DNA of 63,998 bases, counting the filler, from Lenisia limosa (lineage: Eukaryota > Protista > Breviatea), in the NCBI GenBank assembly GCA_001655205.1. It is 13 parts of 13 records of this genome, joined end to end, with 100 filler letters (N's around TTAATTAATTAA, not from the genome) between each part and the next. Parts side by side here need not be neighbours in the genome. Positions count along the whole stretch, not along the records: positions 1 to 3,044 come from LPNZ01004606.1; positions 3,145 to 6,807 come from LPNZ01008006.1; positions 6,908 to 24,324 come from LPNZ01009979.1; 10 more parts are not named here. One strand, written 5' to 3'. Under the pieces are notes generated by a model, which worked only from the letters and a program-made list of their open reading frames with translations, did no database searches and was not told the DNA's origin. Positions 1 to 12,492 of the stretch are shown piece by piece. Both the position numbers and the translations under genes were made by a program. Each line of letters opens with the position of its first letter. Position 1 is the stretch's first letter.

Positions 1-99
1 TATTCACCAATATATCATATATGATATGTATTATTGCATAAATGAATAGGTATTATATTAGTTTTGTCCCCCTCACCCTATTTCACATCACCCTTCCAG

Positions 100-1537
100 A
101 CGGAGAGCTAACTCTGACTGTTGCCGGAATCGAACTGAGTAGTGTCAAGTCTTTCAAGGATATTTGTAGGAGGTTTCTTTTTTAAAAAATAGAATAAAAA
201 AGAATTGAAGACAATAAATTTAATCTATATTATGTACATAAACAGATTTTCTGAATCAAGAAATATGGTATATGATATGTTATTATATATATGTCAAATC
301 TGAGTTAAGAACTGTGTTTGTGGCATCCCCATGTAATATATGCATATATTTGTTTCCCTAGATTTCTTATGTTTATTATTTCTCTTGTTCAAACAAAGAA
401 TAGATTTTGGGTTTTATTATTCATAAATTTTCAATTTTTACTTCACCCTCCACACATCACACCCCATCCCCGTCCCCCTCCACAGTGTTTGTTTTGTTTT
501 TTTAACCATTGTATGTTTCCTAAATCCAGAAACAGAATAGATTCTGGGTTTTTCATAAATTTTCAATTTTCACTTCACCCTTGACAGTGCACAATATGAT
601 GCTGCGAGCGTTCGTGACGTTTACCTCCATCACCACGTTATCCTACATCCTTGATCAAGTCTTTCTCACAGGTTCGCTTATGCGTGGTTTATTATTTTTA
701 TTGTTATTTTTTCTTGTTTTTTTTTTTTTTTATATCTTGTTTTTTTATTATGGATTTATTGAGAAATTCTACTTATAATATACTTGGGAGGCACGCAGAA
801 AGCTGTGTGCACAGTTGTTAGACAAATGATTGGGTGAATTAAAATCCAGTATTTCTTTATAAGCGTGAAGGTGTGGACGGCTTCGGACAGATACTATCTT
901 ATTTTTTTATTTCTCATTGATATATATTCATGACTAGATTGGGGTGTGATACCCGAAATTACCGCTTCTCTCATTGCTTTCCTGCGCCCCGCAATCATGA
1001 CCTCACGGACAAGTGGCCAGCTTTTGCAGGTAGGTTTTCATTCTGGTCTGAAAAAGACCGGTAAAATATTGATAACATAACTTATTAGATAGACATGTGT
1101 GAAGCTATTTGTAATATATGTATATACAAAAAAATGTATATAATTAATACTATATAGATATAATATATTGATATAGATATAGAATGTGTTTGCTGGGGAG
1201 GCACGCAGAAAGCTGTGTGCACAGAGTTGCAAGGCAAATGATCAAGTGAATTAAAACAAACTATTATTCAATATCTCTTGTAAGCGTGATGGTGTGGACG
1301 GCTTCGGTCAGATACAACTTGTGTTATTGCGCATATACTACATATAGTATACCATACACTGACTGCGGTTCGTACGAATGCCCATCGATTTTATAAACAA
1401 GATATAGCACTAACAATCAGATATTCACTTACTCAATATAGGGTATTTTCTCGGCCCTTCGATCGGCCAGTGTGGTAGATATTCAGACATGTATTCGTCC
1501 CGTTGTGGAGCAGTATGCGAACGGCATGGCTGACCAG
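100..1537 (+). CDS. Multi-exon gene fragment, unknown protein
   Basis: Four exons splice in frame through GT-AG introns: GELTLTVAGIELSSVKSFKDI|LHNMMLRAFVTFTSITTLSYILDQVFLTGSLM|HWGVIPEITASLIAFLRPAIMTSRTSGQLLQ|TCIRPVVEQYANGMADQ. No family recognised; incomplete at both ends. Confidence 0.5.
786..900 (+). mobile_element. Dispersed intronic repeat family D
   Basis: GAGGCACGCAGAAAGCTGTGTGCACAG...GGCAAATGATTGGGTGAAT...GGTGTGGACGGCTTCGG..CAGATAC. The same sequence recurs at 1196, 6935(-), 11360, 30595(-), 46820, 57555, 60843 and 63343(-). Confidence 0.75.
1196..1320 (+). mobile_element. Dispersed intronic repeat family D
   Basis: Near-identical to the 786-900 copy, in the next intron. Confidence 0.75.
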
Positions 1538-2364
1538 GTAATAAGAGAGTGTTTGGGATGTAACATAAGGCTTCACTTCGAAAAAAGACTGGGTTTCCTG
1601 GTAGAAAATTATCGATATTTACAAATATTTTTCGAACCATGTGACAGGGGTTGATAGGGGGGGGGGGGATACTGNNNNNNNNNNNNNNNNNNNNNNNNNN
1701 NNNNNNNNNNNNNNNNNNNNNNNNNNNNNNNNNNNNNNNNNNNNNNNNNNNNNNNNNNNNNNNNNNNNNNNNNNNNNNNNNNNNNNNNNNNNNNNNNNNN
1801 NNNNNNNNNNNNATCGAGATGATGAGTTCTAATTATATGTATGTTGTTTTTCTTTTGTCTTATTCACTGTTTAGTATTGAGTTGTATACTACATAATATA
1901 TGTGTATCTTCCTATTTAGTCCGTTTTATTATCAATATTGGAAGAAGGCGGTTTTGTTGTCGAAAGCAAATATGAATCTATATAGTATATGATATTAATT
2001 TCGATTTATACTTGGGGATTCACCACACCTGACGTATCGACTTAGAATTATCTTGTATTATTTGGGAATCCGATAAATTTCTTCGAATTACCATAAAATT
2101 CCATGGGATTCCCAGTCGATCACATATCGAAATCGGAAGATTGAAAGATTGATTAGAACCGAGTAGATGAGCTAGAGTTATAGCCAGCAATGGTTGCCGG
2201 ACCAAACAATTGTACAACGATGATTTAACGGTCTTTTTGGGACCATGTTGAAGTCCAATTAACGCACCCATTTGCGCTCTCACAATTAGTATTTACGTTT
2301 CATATTTTTCACAATATATAGAGCTGTCTCTCCTCCCTGCCTCGATTCCCTAAACTTCTTAACT

Positions 2365-2455
2365 GCTTCATTTCGGTTCGAAAAACGCAGGTAAAATCAA
2401 TAGCTTTCAGGATTTATCAAGAAATTCAGTCTTATTTTCGAACTTAAGTGAACTC
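2365..2455. mobile_element. MITE family A, degenerate copy
   Basis: GCTTCATTTCGGTTCGAAAAA...TTTTCGAACTTAAGTGAAC terminal inverted repeats; core in reverse orientation. Confidence 0.65.
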
Positions 2456-3044
2456 TCAACAAATCAGTTTGTGAAACTGTGTTGGAGACAACGTCACCAT
2501 ATACTGAAGTTCATTCCCCCCTAATATCCAAGCTCCAAGAATTGACTTTCTGCTTTTTTGTTTCAATTTTCATACGCTGGAGTGGAGGGATGCGTTGCTG
2601 AAGAAGCGACTGGCCTNNNNNNNNNNNNNNNNNNNNNNNNNNNNNNNNNNNNNNNNNNNNNNNNNNNNNNNNNNNNNNNNNNNNNNNNNNNNNNNNNNNN
2701 NNNNNNNNNNNNNNNNNNNNNNNNNNNNNNNNNNNNNNNNNNNNNNNNNNNNNNNNNNNNNNNNNNNNNNNNNNNNNNNNNNNNNNNNNNNNNNNNNNNN
2801 NNNNNNNNNNNNNNNNNNNNNNNNNNNNNNNACAACAGAATACTAAGAAAGGTAATAACGATACATGAGGCTACTTCGACGCTAACTGTTCCTGAAAATA
2901 TCAGGTTTTCTGGCAAGGATATTAATAATAAGAGTGGGGGGCAGGTAGTGGGCTGAATCTATCAATGTCTTATTATTTTATTTCTGGCATTGTGAAACAA
3001 ATAATAAAATGATGGAACTATAACCTCCCCCCCTTTGCGTCAAA

Positions 3045-3144
3045 NNNNNNNNNNNNNNNNNNNNNNNNNNNNNNNNNNNNNNNNNNNNTTAATTAATTAA
3101 NNNNNNNNNNNNNNNNNNNNNNNNNNNNNNNNNNNNNNNNNNNN
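3045..3144. other. Artificial scaffold-joining linker
   Basis: 44 N + TTAATTAATTAA (3089-3100; stops in all six frames) + 44 N. Confidence 0.97.
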
Positions 3145-3400
3145 TTATTACGCGTTGGCGACCAACCTGAGCGTTGTTACTTTTGCTGTTTTCAAGCGCT
3201 TTTCTAGTTTCAATGCGTAACATAGTTAATTTTGGGCTATTTTGTTTCATAACTATTCCCATTTACCATAAATTTTAATTCCCCCACTTCAAAGGCTGGC
3301 TCGGGCTTGTTTTTGTTTTTGTGTTTTTGTCATCTGGCTTTTGTCAAGTTTTAGCGTTGGTGGTCATGTTTGTTATTGCTTGTTTTTTGTTTTTGTTTGT

Positions 3401-3490
3401 TTGGAGGTCAGATTATTCGGTTCGTGATTAGTGCCTTTACGCCAATATTCTTCATCGAAATTTCCTTCGTTTTACCTCCCCTCCCCCCAT
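3401..3490 (+). mobile_element. Dispersed repeat family C
   Basis: TTGGAGGTCAGATTATTCGGTTCGTGATTAGTGCCTTTACGCCAATATTCTTCATCGAAATTTCCTTCGTTTTACCTCCCCTCCCCC; homologues at 32711, 35021, 38288, 52618(-), 54085(-), 59457. Confidence 0.75.
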
Positions 3491-4108
3491 CCTATTGAGA
3501 AGCAGCGATATGTGGAAGCGTGAACATAATAACCCATCATTTGCTCAATGGTGGTGCTATTGAATAAAACAACTTTGGATTTGTTTGTGTTGTTTGTTGT
3601 CTGAAATTTCTTTTCAATATAGATCTTGCTGCAGCGACTGGGCTGAGCTTTGTTGTTTTTGTTTTTGTTTCTAACTTTGTGTGTTTCTCAAATGTTTTTG
3701 CAACAGAGTTGATTCCCAGGTTGTTTTTGTTTCATAAATTCCCCTTTTTACTTTGTTGCTTGCTTTTGTTGTTTTCAGCCCTCGTGTGTTTCTAGTCCTC
3801 CTCCAGAGATGACTTTGGGTTGTATTTCATACCCCCCCCCCCCNNNNNNNNNNNNNNNNNNNNNNNNNNNNNNNNNNNNNNNNNNNNNNNNNNNNNNNNN
3901 NNNNNNNNNNNNNNNNNNNNNNNNNNNNNNNNNNNCATAAAAAAAGAGTTGCTTATTATCAATAAGCGAATCAGACCAAGCTACTTGTTTGTTCTCTGAA
4001 AAGTCAAATTGTTAAATGATCATGAAAAGTAATGTATTTTACTATTATGTTTTCGATTGAAAGAGTATTGTATTATTTGAAGCCCAAACTTCAATCTAAT
4101 CCACGCAG

Positions 4109-6790
4109 ACAGCCCTGGGCTTCAGAGCTCTTTGGAAGGTTACCGTAAGATCATAAGAGAACTCGAGGCCGATATGGCGAGACTCGAGGACTGGACTGAG
4201 CAGCACATGCAGCTGGTGGAACCTTTTAAGGTTCGCCTAAATGGGCTTTATATAATTTTATTTATGATTTGCTACCACTTGAGGGGGGGGGGGGNNNNNN
4301 NNNNNNNNNNNNNNNNNNNNNNNNNNNNNNNNNNNNNNNNNNNNNNNNNNNNNNNNNNNNNNNNNNNNNNNNNNNNNNNNNNNNNCAGTTTCTAAGGGAT
4401 TTGAGGTTTTGTATTGTTTCTTCAATCTCTCCCCTCCAAATTTTGGGGTTGTAATGTTTGTTTATTTTCGCCCCCTTCACTCGAATACGCTCCAACAGTT
4501 ATTCGATGGGGTTGGACAGTTATTCGATGGGTTGGACAGTTATACGTGTGCTCTTGTTTACCTTCTTTCGTTCTCTCTTTCTCTCTCTCTCTTTCTTTCT
4601 TTCTTTCTTATATAATTTCCACCCAGACGGCGACACACAGTCTTGAAGCCCTCAAAACCCGAGTCAGTGAGGTTGAGGCAGGTCTTCCGAAACATATGCC
4701 TGCGGGGAACAAAAAAGTGTCACCTATTGAGAGGTACGCACGCTGTTGTTATATTGTCACTTTTTAGGTCATTTTCATACTGTAAATCCTTAATAAACCC
4801 TCGAAAAATTCTCAATAAATCCAGTAATCCTCGATAATTATCGATTCTTCTCAGACTAACCCAGTAGGAAGCAAGACAAACAGCCGGACCCTGTGTCCAC
4901 TGCAAAGACAAGTACGTGGAATATGATATGATAATGCTTTTAAAACAAAACAAGTAGTAACTATACGATTATGTGTTTGCTTATGCTTTTTGAAGGAAGC
5001 CAAGATGTATTGAGTATGTGCTCTCCGTTCTTTTTAAAGGCAGCAGTGACAATTATTACACATCATATGATATCCTGATATATTTGCTGTTTTTGTGGCA
5101 ATCTCGTCTGTCACCATATCATCTCGAATACCATAATATGATATGAAAGCTCGATTAATTGAGCACATAACCCTTAAAGGTCGTCCCACAACCGCCGCTC
5201 CAAGGAAGCGGAAGAGGGGAATGAGAGAGGTTTGTCGGGTTTGAATTTGGGCGTCACTTCGGTTCGAAAAAAGGGTCTTTTTCAGACCAGAGTGACCCTA
5301 GTTTGAAGATAAAATATTTGTTAAATTATATCGCCTCTGCTTTGTTTGTTTTGTTGTTCTCAACCTTCGTGTGTTGCTAGCCAACATAGTTGATTTCGGG
5401 CTTTATTTTTTGTTTCATAAATTTCCAATATTATCCCTAGGTGGTTGGCCTTCGTCTTGTTGGAGAATCCGAACTGGCAAGTGTACCGCAGTATCTCCGC
5501 GGGCGTCTCACCGCCGAACAGTGGGGGATGGAAGTCAGATTTCACTCTTATCTGAAAAAGACGGATAAAATATCGATGATTTATCGAGAAATTTAGTCTT
5601 TTTTCGAACCGAAGTGAAGCCCTAGTTGGAAACTTGGATAGCTTGTACATGTACATACATAAGTATATATTGATTTTATATAGCGTAGATAAAATTCTAA
5701 ACGCCTACTGATTTTGAATTACCATTTCCCTGCTTAATGTCAACCCTTATACATTAAAAGTCACCTCTTTTCGCGACTATTTTCATAGATATGATCTATA
5801 ATCAAATAATATGTTTCTCCCCCTTTTTTAAAATCCCTGCCCATGATTTTGGGTCTCATACTTTGATGTTTGCTCTATTTCTTCTTGTCTATTTCTTCTA
5901 CTCCCTGTTTTGCTGTTCTTGTGTCAGTTACCTCTGAGTACATCTGCTTTATAGTTTAAAAGATTGAAATTCTGATTACCAGGATCAACACTGCCATTGA
6001 AGAGTACAACGCGTTGCTGGTGGAGAAGTACGCTATTGCTGACTTGCCATTTAACTCAAAAATGAACACACAGACTCTAAAGAAATGGGAGGTTTGTGGG
6101 GATTGAAAATCTGCTTTAGAGAGGGGTGTGTGGGAAGCAATATATAGGATGACCTTGGCCCGGACCTTAGAGTCGAAATGTTGAACAAAGATAACACGAG
6201 GGTTCATCCCGAGTGTATCAGAGTATCATTGAGACCACTCAATTATCACACGAGTGGATATGGAATATCATACCACGACGCGGAAAATGATAGTTCCACG
6301 TGTAAAAAAAGGAAGATGATCTGAGCTAAAGCTCCCATTGAATTGCAATGGAATTGACCAGCTTAGATTTGGCATGAACAAGAGAACGAAGATGTACGTG
6401 GCATGTTCTTCCTTGAAGAAAAAGAAGTGGGAAAAAATAAGTTGTTTTTTTTTGTTTTTTTTTGGTGGGGGTATCATATTGTATTTAATGTAGTATACAC
6501 TCACTGCGATAAGTCCTAACACAATTTACTGAAGATAGAGCTCAATATCCGTTTCAGGATTTATCGCGGTCAGTGTACCTATCATGATATTAGAAGTGCT
6601 CTTAAAATGGCGCCGGGTCTTTATAACACTAGCTTCAATAGAGACTTTACTGCAAAACAATGTTTTTACGTCATTTACACCAATCCAGGTAAGAGTATTG
6701 CCCTCCATCGGCCTTCGATTCAAAACCGTCACATCTGTCTTACGTCACCTCAAGAGGATAAAGGAAGTCAGGTACGGGGGGGTAGGATAA
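4109..6790 (+). CDS. SKA1: Spindle and kinetochore-associated protein 1 (multi-exon, 5' and 3' ends uncertain)
   Basis: Spliced peptide ...ELASVPQYLRGRLTAE(Q)INTAIEEYNALLVEKYAI...KKWE|IWHEQENEDVRGMFFLEEKE|VRVLPSIGLRFKTVTSVLRHLKRIKEVRYG matches the Ska1 microtubule-binding domain as remembered (VPxYMKGRLT...KY...GRYFIVE...LRHxxRLxEVRGGG), after an N-terminal coiled coil. Confidence 0.8.
5249..5298. mobile_element. MITE family A, internally deleted 50-bp derivative
   Basis: GGGCGTCACTTCGGTTCGAAAAAAGGGTCTTTTTCAGACCAGAGTGACCC followed by TA; only the two TIRs remain. Confidence 0.7.
5335..5440 (+). mobile_element. Repeat family B, 3' part ending at a SKA1 splice acceptor
   Basis: ...GTTCTCAACCTTCGTGTGTTGCTAGCCAACATAGTTGATTTCGGGCTTT...CATAAATTTCCAATATTATCCCTAG|exon (AG at 5439-5440). 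Confidence 0.75.
5536..5622. mobile_element. MITE family A
   Basis: Right TIR TTTTTCGAACCGAAGTGAAGCCC followed by TA; reverse-orientation core; inside a SKA1 intron. Confidence 0.8.
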
Positions 6791-6807
6791 AGGAAGTCAG
6801 GTACGGG

Positions 6808-6907
6808 NNNNNNNNNNNNNNNNNNNNNNNNNNNNNNNNNNNNNNNNNNNNTTAATTAATTAANNNNNNNNNNNNNNNNNNNNNNNNNNNNNNNNNNNNN
6901 NNNNNNN
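6808..6907. other. Artificial scaffold-joining linker
   Basis: 44 N + TTAATTAATTAA (6852-6863) + 44 N. Confidence 0.97.
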
Positions 6908-7332
6908 ATATAGCAATGAAAAAAATAAAATAAGGTAGTATCTGGCCGAAGCCGTCCACACCTATACTATATAAAATAAGGACCAAAAGAAATCATAAGG
7001 GAATATGTTGAAATGAGAGAGAGAAAAAAAAAAAACAACACAAAAAAGGTAGTATCTGGCGCCCACATTTGATCTCAAATGAATCCACCAATTAAATTGC
7101 ATTATTGTTGAAAAAACCAGCCTTTTGGGGACCAAAGTTATTTCCTTTTCAATTCAAATAGAAAAAAACACGAAAGGGATAAATTAACAACAACAACAAA
7201 AAAAAAAAAATGGGGGGGGGGNNNNNNNNNNNNNNNNNNNNNNNNNNNNNNNNNNNNNNNNNNNNNNNNNNNNNNNNNNNNNNNNNNNNNNNNNNNNNNN
7301 NNNNNNNNNNNNNNNNNNNNNNNNNNNNNNNN

Positions 7333-7958
7333 TCAGAAGGAAGATAACAATGTAGATAGCAATTTTGATCATTGAAATCTTCTTTTTGTTTTCCACTTCT
7401 TGGAAAATAGTGGTGGCATCATAGAGGTACTTGTCATTAATATATCTGAGGTGTGAAAATGTAAAGAACGTGTGTCAAAAAAAAAAAAAAAGTTACATTC
7501 AGGAAACAAGAGCGGAACTCAACCCTACCCCAACTCATACAATTACATACTTCAGCCAAAAAATCTTGTAAATGAAAGATACTAATCTCTTATTTTGGAT
7601 AAAAGAGCCGCAACAAGGCTTCTTATCCAAATATGGTGCACCCCCCCCCCTCACAACCACAACCCACTTATGGACATGGTACACCGACAGTGTCAATGAA
7701 ACCAATAAAAGAACCCAGTGTCCGGTCAGAAGAAACATGACCGAAAGGGCTATATGGGCTCCATACTCCCAGATAACGTATTTATTGTGCTTTTCACAGA
7801 ACTGGATGCTGTTGATCAGATCTGTCTCTAAGTCTGCGAAGTCCAAAAGCTAACCAATAAGAGGTAAAAATAAGTCCAACCTCATATACACAGAAGAGCA
7901 ACAGCCCAATACTGTACATCATGAAGAACAACTGAATCAGTGCTGGAAGTAGTTCCAT
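7333..7958 (-). CDS. CNIH: Cornichon family ER cargo receptor (3' end interrupted by a gap)
   Basis: MELLPALIQLFFMMYSIGLLLFC|LLDFADLETDLINSIQFCEKHNKYVIWEYGAHIALSVMFLLTGHWVLLLVSL...HK|YINDKYLYDATTIFQEVENKKKISMIKIAIYIVIFLL: DLExD.IN, GHW and YDxTxIF motifs of cornichon/Erv14. Confidence 0.9.
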
Positions 7959-8401
7959 TTTGAGGGGAGAAGAAAAAGGAAATGGGTAAACGCTTCTCGT
8001 TTGCTTTCCAAAACACCACTTCAAGAATAATAAATACAAAAGCGCACAGAGGGTGTAGTTGGGGAAACTAGAAGGAGAGACAGAGGAAAAGGAGCAAATA
8101 CCATTTATACTGAACTGTACGTCCCGCTTCCGATTGATTATGGAATTTTGGAATTTCTTCTCTCTTTACCTTCTTGTTAAAGTCCAAATACATATTTAAA
8201 TAGTATCTCTATTTTTATGCTAGTAAAGTTGTAGAATTGCTTATTACAAGCTCCCCTCTACTCACCTTCTCGATCTCCACACACAACACTTTGCCTTATC
8301 CAGCAGTGAGCTCCTTCAACTCTGTCAAAATTAATTGAGTCAGAGTTGAGTAACAATTCCAATATTTATCAGTCTACAGCTCACCTTTTATAATTCTAAC
8401 A

Positions 8402-11400
8402 GACCTTCTTACCCCATCAAGAGACCCTCTGGCTCTCTCATTGAGAGAGGCCCACCAACGTCTTCACTGTAAGGAAGAGAATTGGATTTCATTGAAGCTT
8501 TTGTTTACTTTGTTTCGCAAAAGCGTATCTTTCAATAAATTTCTTCTCTTGTCACCCCTTTACCCGCCAGAGTCATTGAAGCACCAATCGCTGGGTCCTC
8601 TCAACCATACTGAGTCTTTCCCTGAAGGTTTGCCAACACTTATCTGCGGTATTATTTTGCTAGTTTTGTCGCTTTATCATTGCCTCTTAAATGCTGTGAA
8701 AAATTGGTGATAGGTCATTGAATATCTGTTTTATGTTCAGTGCGCGTTATGATTTATTATTCGATAAATTATACTCACTATTCAACACAGCATTATCGTT
8801 GAACAATAAGAATATAAGCTTTGGCCAGATACTCTCTTGTTTTTGTTTGTGCATTTAGAGTTATTGGAGCNNNNNNNNNNNNNNNNNNNNNNNNNNNNNN
8901 NNNNNNNNNNNNNNNNNNNNNNNNNNNNNNNNNNNNNNNNNNNNNNNATCATCACGGTGGCAAGGTTGGTTTGGAGAGGCTACCAAGCCTTTTTCTCTGT
9001 TTCTTTCAACTGCAAGAACAGTATGCATTGTATTGTTTCTTAGAACTGAATTTGATACTATCCCAGCCCTCAATCTCACAATCCAGAGCTTTATGGAGGA
9101 ACCCCTGGAGTGTCCACACCGTCTTCACCGGTTGTTGTCGGACGTGGCACTGCTATCGGCTCCCCAGTAGCATATACGGCGTCAAAGGACCGCGACCGTG
9201 ACATGCTCCCCAACATTACGCCGCCACAGCATTTAGAAATCGAACTCACCCCATCCCCTTCTATTACGAAGTTGGCTTGGAGCATGTATCTCACCTTTTT
9301 GCTTATGCTATCCTTGAGAAAGAATGTTGCCTTGTTTGTCATAGATGTAGGCTGGAGACCCCCGGATCAGTAGATGAGTCCACATCCTCGTTACAAAAGA
9401 AAATTAAACAACTCTCAAAACAACTCCAAGTTTGTTGGGTGACATATGATGTATTTTGTTTGGATTAAAGAGATTCTAATTTACAGTTTCTTTCTCCACC
9501 ATTCACCAGATCTACAACCATGTTGTTTTGGCTTACTCCTCAGGATGAAGTTAGCTCAAGAAGGCACTACGAGGAGGAAGCAGAGAACTATCGCATCACC
9601 AATGACGCGTTGCAGTCGGAGGTTGCTGAGCAGGCGCAGTCCACTGACAACTTGCGGGGGCTTCTCTATAAAAAAGTGGGCTGATCGACAAATATTAGCG
9701 CAAATTTATTATTAGAAGGAGCTGTATTAGGCATTTTACCCTGAAACCGAATGGTCAATAATATTTTTAGACTCAACTGTTAACAACAATGACTATGGAG
9801 AAAGAGGTACTTTTGCAGAAGTTGGAAGCCATAAAGGTTTGTGTTATACACTGGTTTGTAGTGCTCAATGTTATTCCAATAGTGTACATATGACATGCAT
9901 ATAAATGTTGAATAATATGATATGTATAAGGCTAAAATTAGTCCCATGAGCGCTACTTCTTTGTTCTTAACACCCAGCCGTCACCAGCTTCTGACTCGAC
10001 CGGGGTGACCATCTCCAAGGCCAAGAACAAAAAGAAGACCACTGAGTCTGAGAAGCTCCTTGAGCAGGATGTCGACAACTTGAAGGCCGAACTCGCGTTG
10101 GGGGGGGGGGGNNNNNNNNNNNNNNNNNNNNNNNNNNNNNNNNNNNNNNNNNNNNNNNNNNNNNNNNNNNNNNNNNGCATTAAAGCCCAGAACAGAAGGG
10201 ATATCTTTACATGTGTATAAATCCTCGATAGATATTGATCTTTGTTTTTGTGCTTTGTAATGGCAATTTCAGAGCCTTCAACAAGATGTATCACAGGCTT
10301 CTTCTTGAAAAAGACGAAATCACTGAAGAGGTATGCTGCATTTCTGATTATCTCCTGCAGTACTATGATGATCAAAAATCAAAATTTATCATATGTTTCC
10401 ACTAGATTTGGGGTTGTATTTTTCAGCTATTTCATTCAACATCTAACCACGCAGCTCAAGGCAGCCCAGTCTCAAGTAAAAGTTATGGAAGAAACCCAAG
10501 GTTTGCACCCTGTAACAGAGGCTGATCTTACATAATCAAATGTTTCGTGGTGTTTCTTATTAAACCAGTTCAACGCTGTAATGAACCAACCTCAGTTGTC
10601 GAGCAAGCCCAGCCCGATGTTCATCGAATAACTGTGGGTGGGTTTGAGACCACAACATCTTATGCTAAGGACAGTACGCCGCTAAAATCAGTCTTATGAC
10701 ATCATACCCCCTTTTCCCCCCCTTCGCTATCCGTTTTCACTTCCTACTTTATTAATCATTAAGGTTCTGGAGGAGACCATCAATCAGCAAAAGGGCAAAA
10801 TCCGTAATCAGGCAGATGACATAGCGTTTGCCTGGGGTTTTTTTTTCTTTTGTACTTCTTAAACAATAACCGTTGATCCTAATTTTGGGAACAATGTGTT
10901 AGATATTCGGCACTAATGTCGCTTCATAGTCTCATTTAACGTGAGGGGACGGTTTCGGTCTGAAAAAACCTTTCTGCATGATAACCTCTACAGTGAGCTA
11001 GTTCAGGAGCTGGAAATCGAAAGAAGACGGCTTACTGATGCGGAGAATGACTTGAAAAGAGAGCGTGCACGGGTTCATGATTGGTGGGGGGTGTATTATT
11101 TTTCATTTCTACATACAAATGATATGTGGATGCCATTTATCTCCCTCTTCGTGAGGATCAAGAATATGTTGCATTCATTTTCTTTCTCTTATTCTCGAAG
11201 CAAGAAGGTGATTGCTGATCTGAACATTATGGTGACGGACGAGCGAAAGACAACAGACACAATGGCCAAGAAACTTTGGCAACAGTCAGCTACGATAAAC
11301 ACCCTATCGCTGACAATGAGAAAGTTGGTTGGGGTGTTGAACTCTCTTCCCGGGGAGGTATGCAGGAAGTTGTTAGGCAAATGATTGGGTGAATACTTGA

Positions 11401-12247
11401 TAGGCTACTCCCCGTTTTTCTCATTTCTACGTATTTTCCTTGGTAGCGTCATAATATGAATCAATTCAGTCAATTATAGTACATTGGCAGGTAGTTTCGT
11501 CCTAACCCCTCAAGGTTCCAAGTTACAAAAGTCAACCGTGTCATTCCAAACGTTCCCTCTCAGGTATTTTGGAGTGGAGGAGGGGCACTCACTCTCATTT
11601 TCAGTCTAAAAATACTTTTAAATATCAATTTGTTGTGATTACAGTGAATAGTCTGTTACCCAATTCCAGTTATGTCTACATAATATGCTGATCTTTCAGA
11701 TTTCTTTAGCGAAAGACCCAGGGAAGGGTGAAATTTACATCCACATCAGGTTTGATTATCATTTTCAAATATCATAACAGTTCTATTGTTCCAAAATATA
11801 AACTTAGGAGAGTATCATATTGTGCTATTAGTACTTTCTTCGTGATTATCTATTGAGTTGTTTGATCAAATGTATGAAGTTTTATTCATATTACACGTAA
11901 GTAAACTCACTCTGTAGGTACGTTGGAAAGGACCTTCGGATGTCTATAACAGACATTGACGACGTTGCAGTTGACGCCTCCAACCCCACTCGCTTCACTA
12001 TTGCATATTCGGTATGATATAATATTTTAGTTAAATGATTAAATGGTTTAAGAGTTTGATTCATCTTTCTTAGTGTCACAGAAATGTTTTATTATTCCAG
12101 GGATCCAAAGCTGAGGTTTTCGACAGCCACGACCGAGAAGAGGTTGTGGATGCGATAAAGGAGTTCAGAAGGATAGCCAAGCAGAACGAGTCACACCCAG
12201 ACTCGGGACCGTTTGATGACCTTGCCGCGTTTATGGGCGGTTTTTGA
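8402..12247 (+). CDS. Long multi-exon coiled-coil protein with a possible C-terminal PH-like domain; start not located
   Basis: Coiled-coil exons (SLQKKIKQLSKQLQ; ELVQELEIERRRLTDAENDLKRERARV) splice in phase to KFQVTKVNRVIPNVPSQ...YVGKDLRMSITDIDDVAVDASNPTRFTIAYS|GSKAEVFDSHDREEVVDAIKEFRR...MGGF*. The PH-like call is a pattern guess. Confidence 0.6.
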
Positions 12248-12492
12248 AGGTTGATAGAGCCTCCTTTTTCATTTTTTCCTGGTGGAACATGGGCTAATTA
12301 AAACCAATATTCTTGAGCTTCACTCTTTGATTGGAAGTTACGGGAATTTGTCAATTTGAACCGGAGGCTCCAGTTATGCAGTGGGTTTTTGTTAACGTTA
12401 TAATTTCTATCACAATTAGAGGTGATGTTGACGCCTTAGGTTCCAATTGGAAAAGGCAGGTTCTTGTAAAAGGTGATAACCAGGTGGAACGT

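Noticed and set aside
588-660. Apparent in-frame TGA suggesting a reassigned stop codon
   Set aside because: It arises only with the GTTTC donor at about 172. The GTAGGA donor a few nt upstream gives an open frame, and conserved genes end normally in TAA or TGA.
6758-6807. Duplicated GGATAA(A)GGAAGTCAGGTACGGG at the end of SKA1
   Set aside because: It lies at a fragment terminus next to a G-run and cannot be told apart from an assembly artefact.
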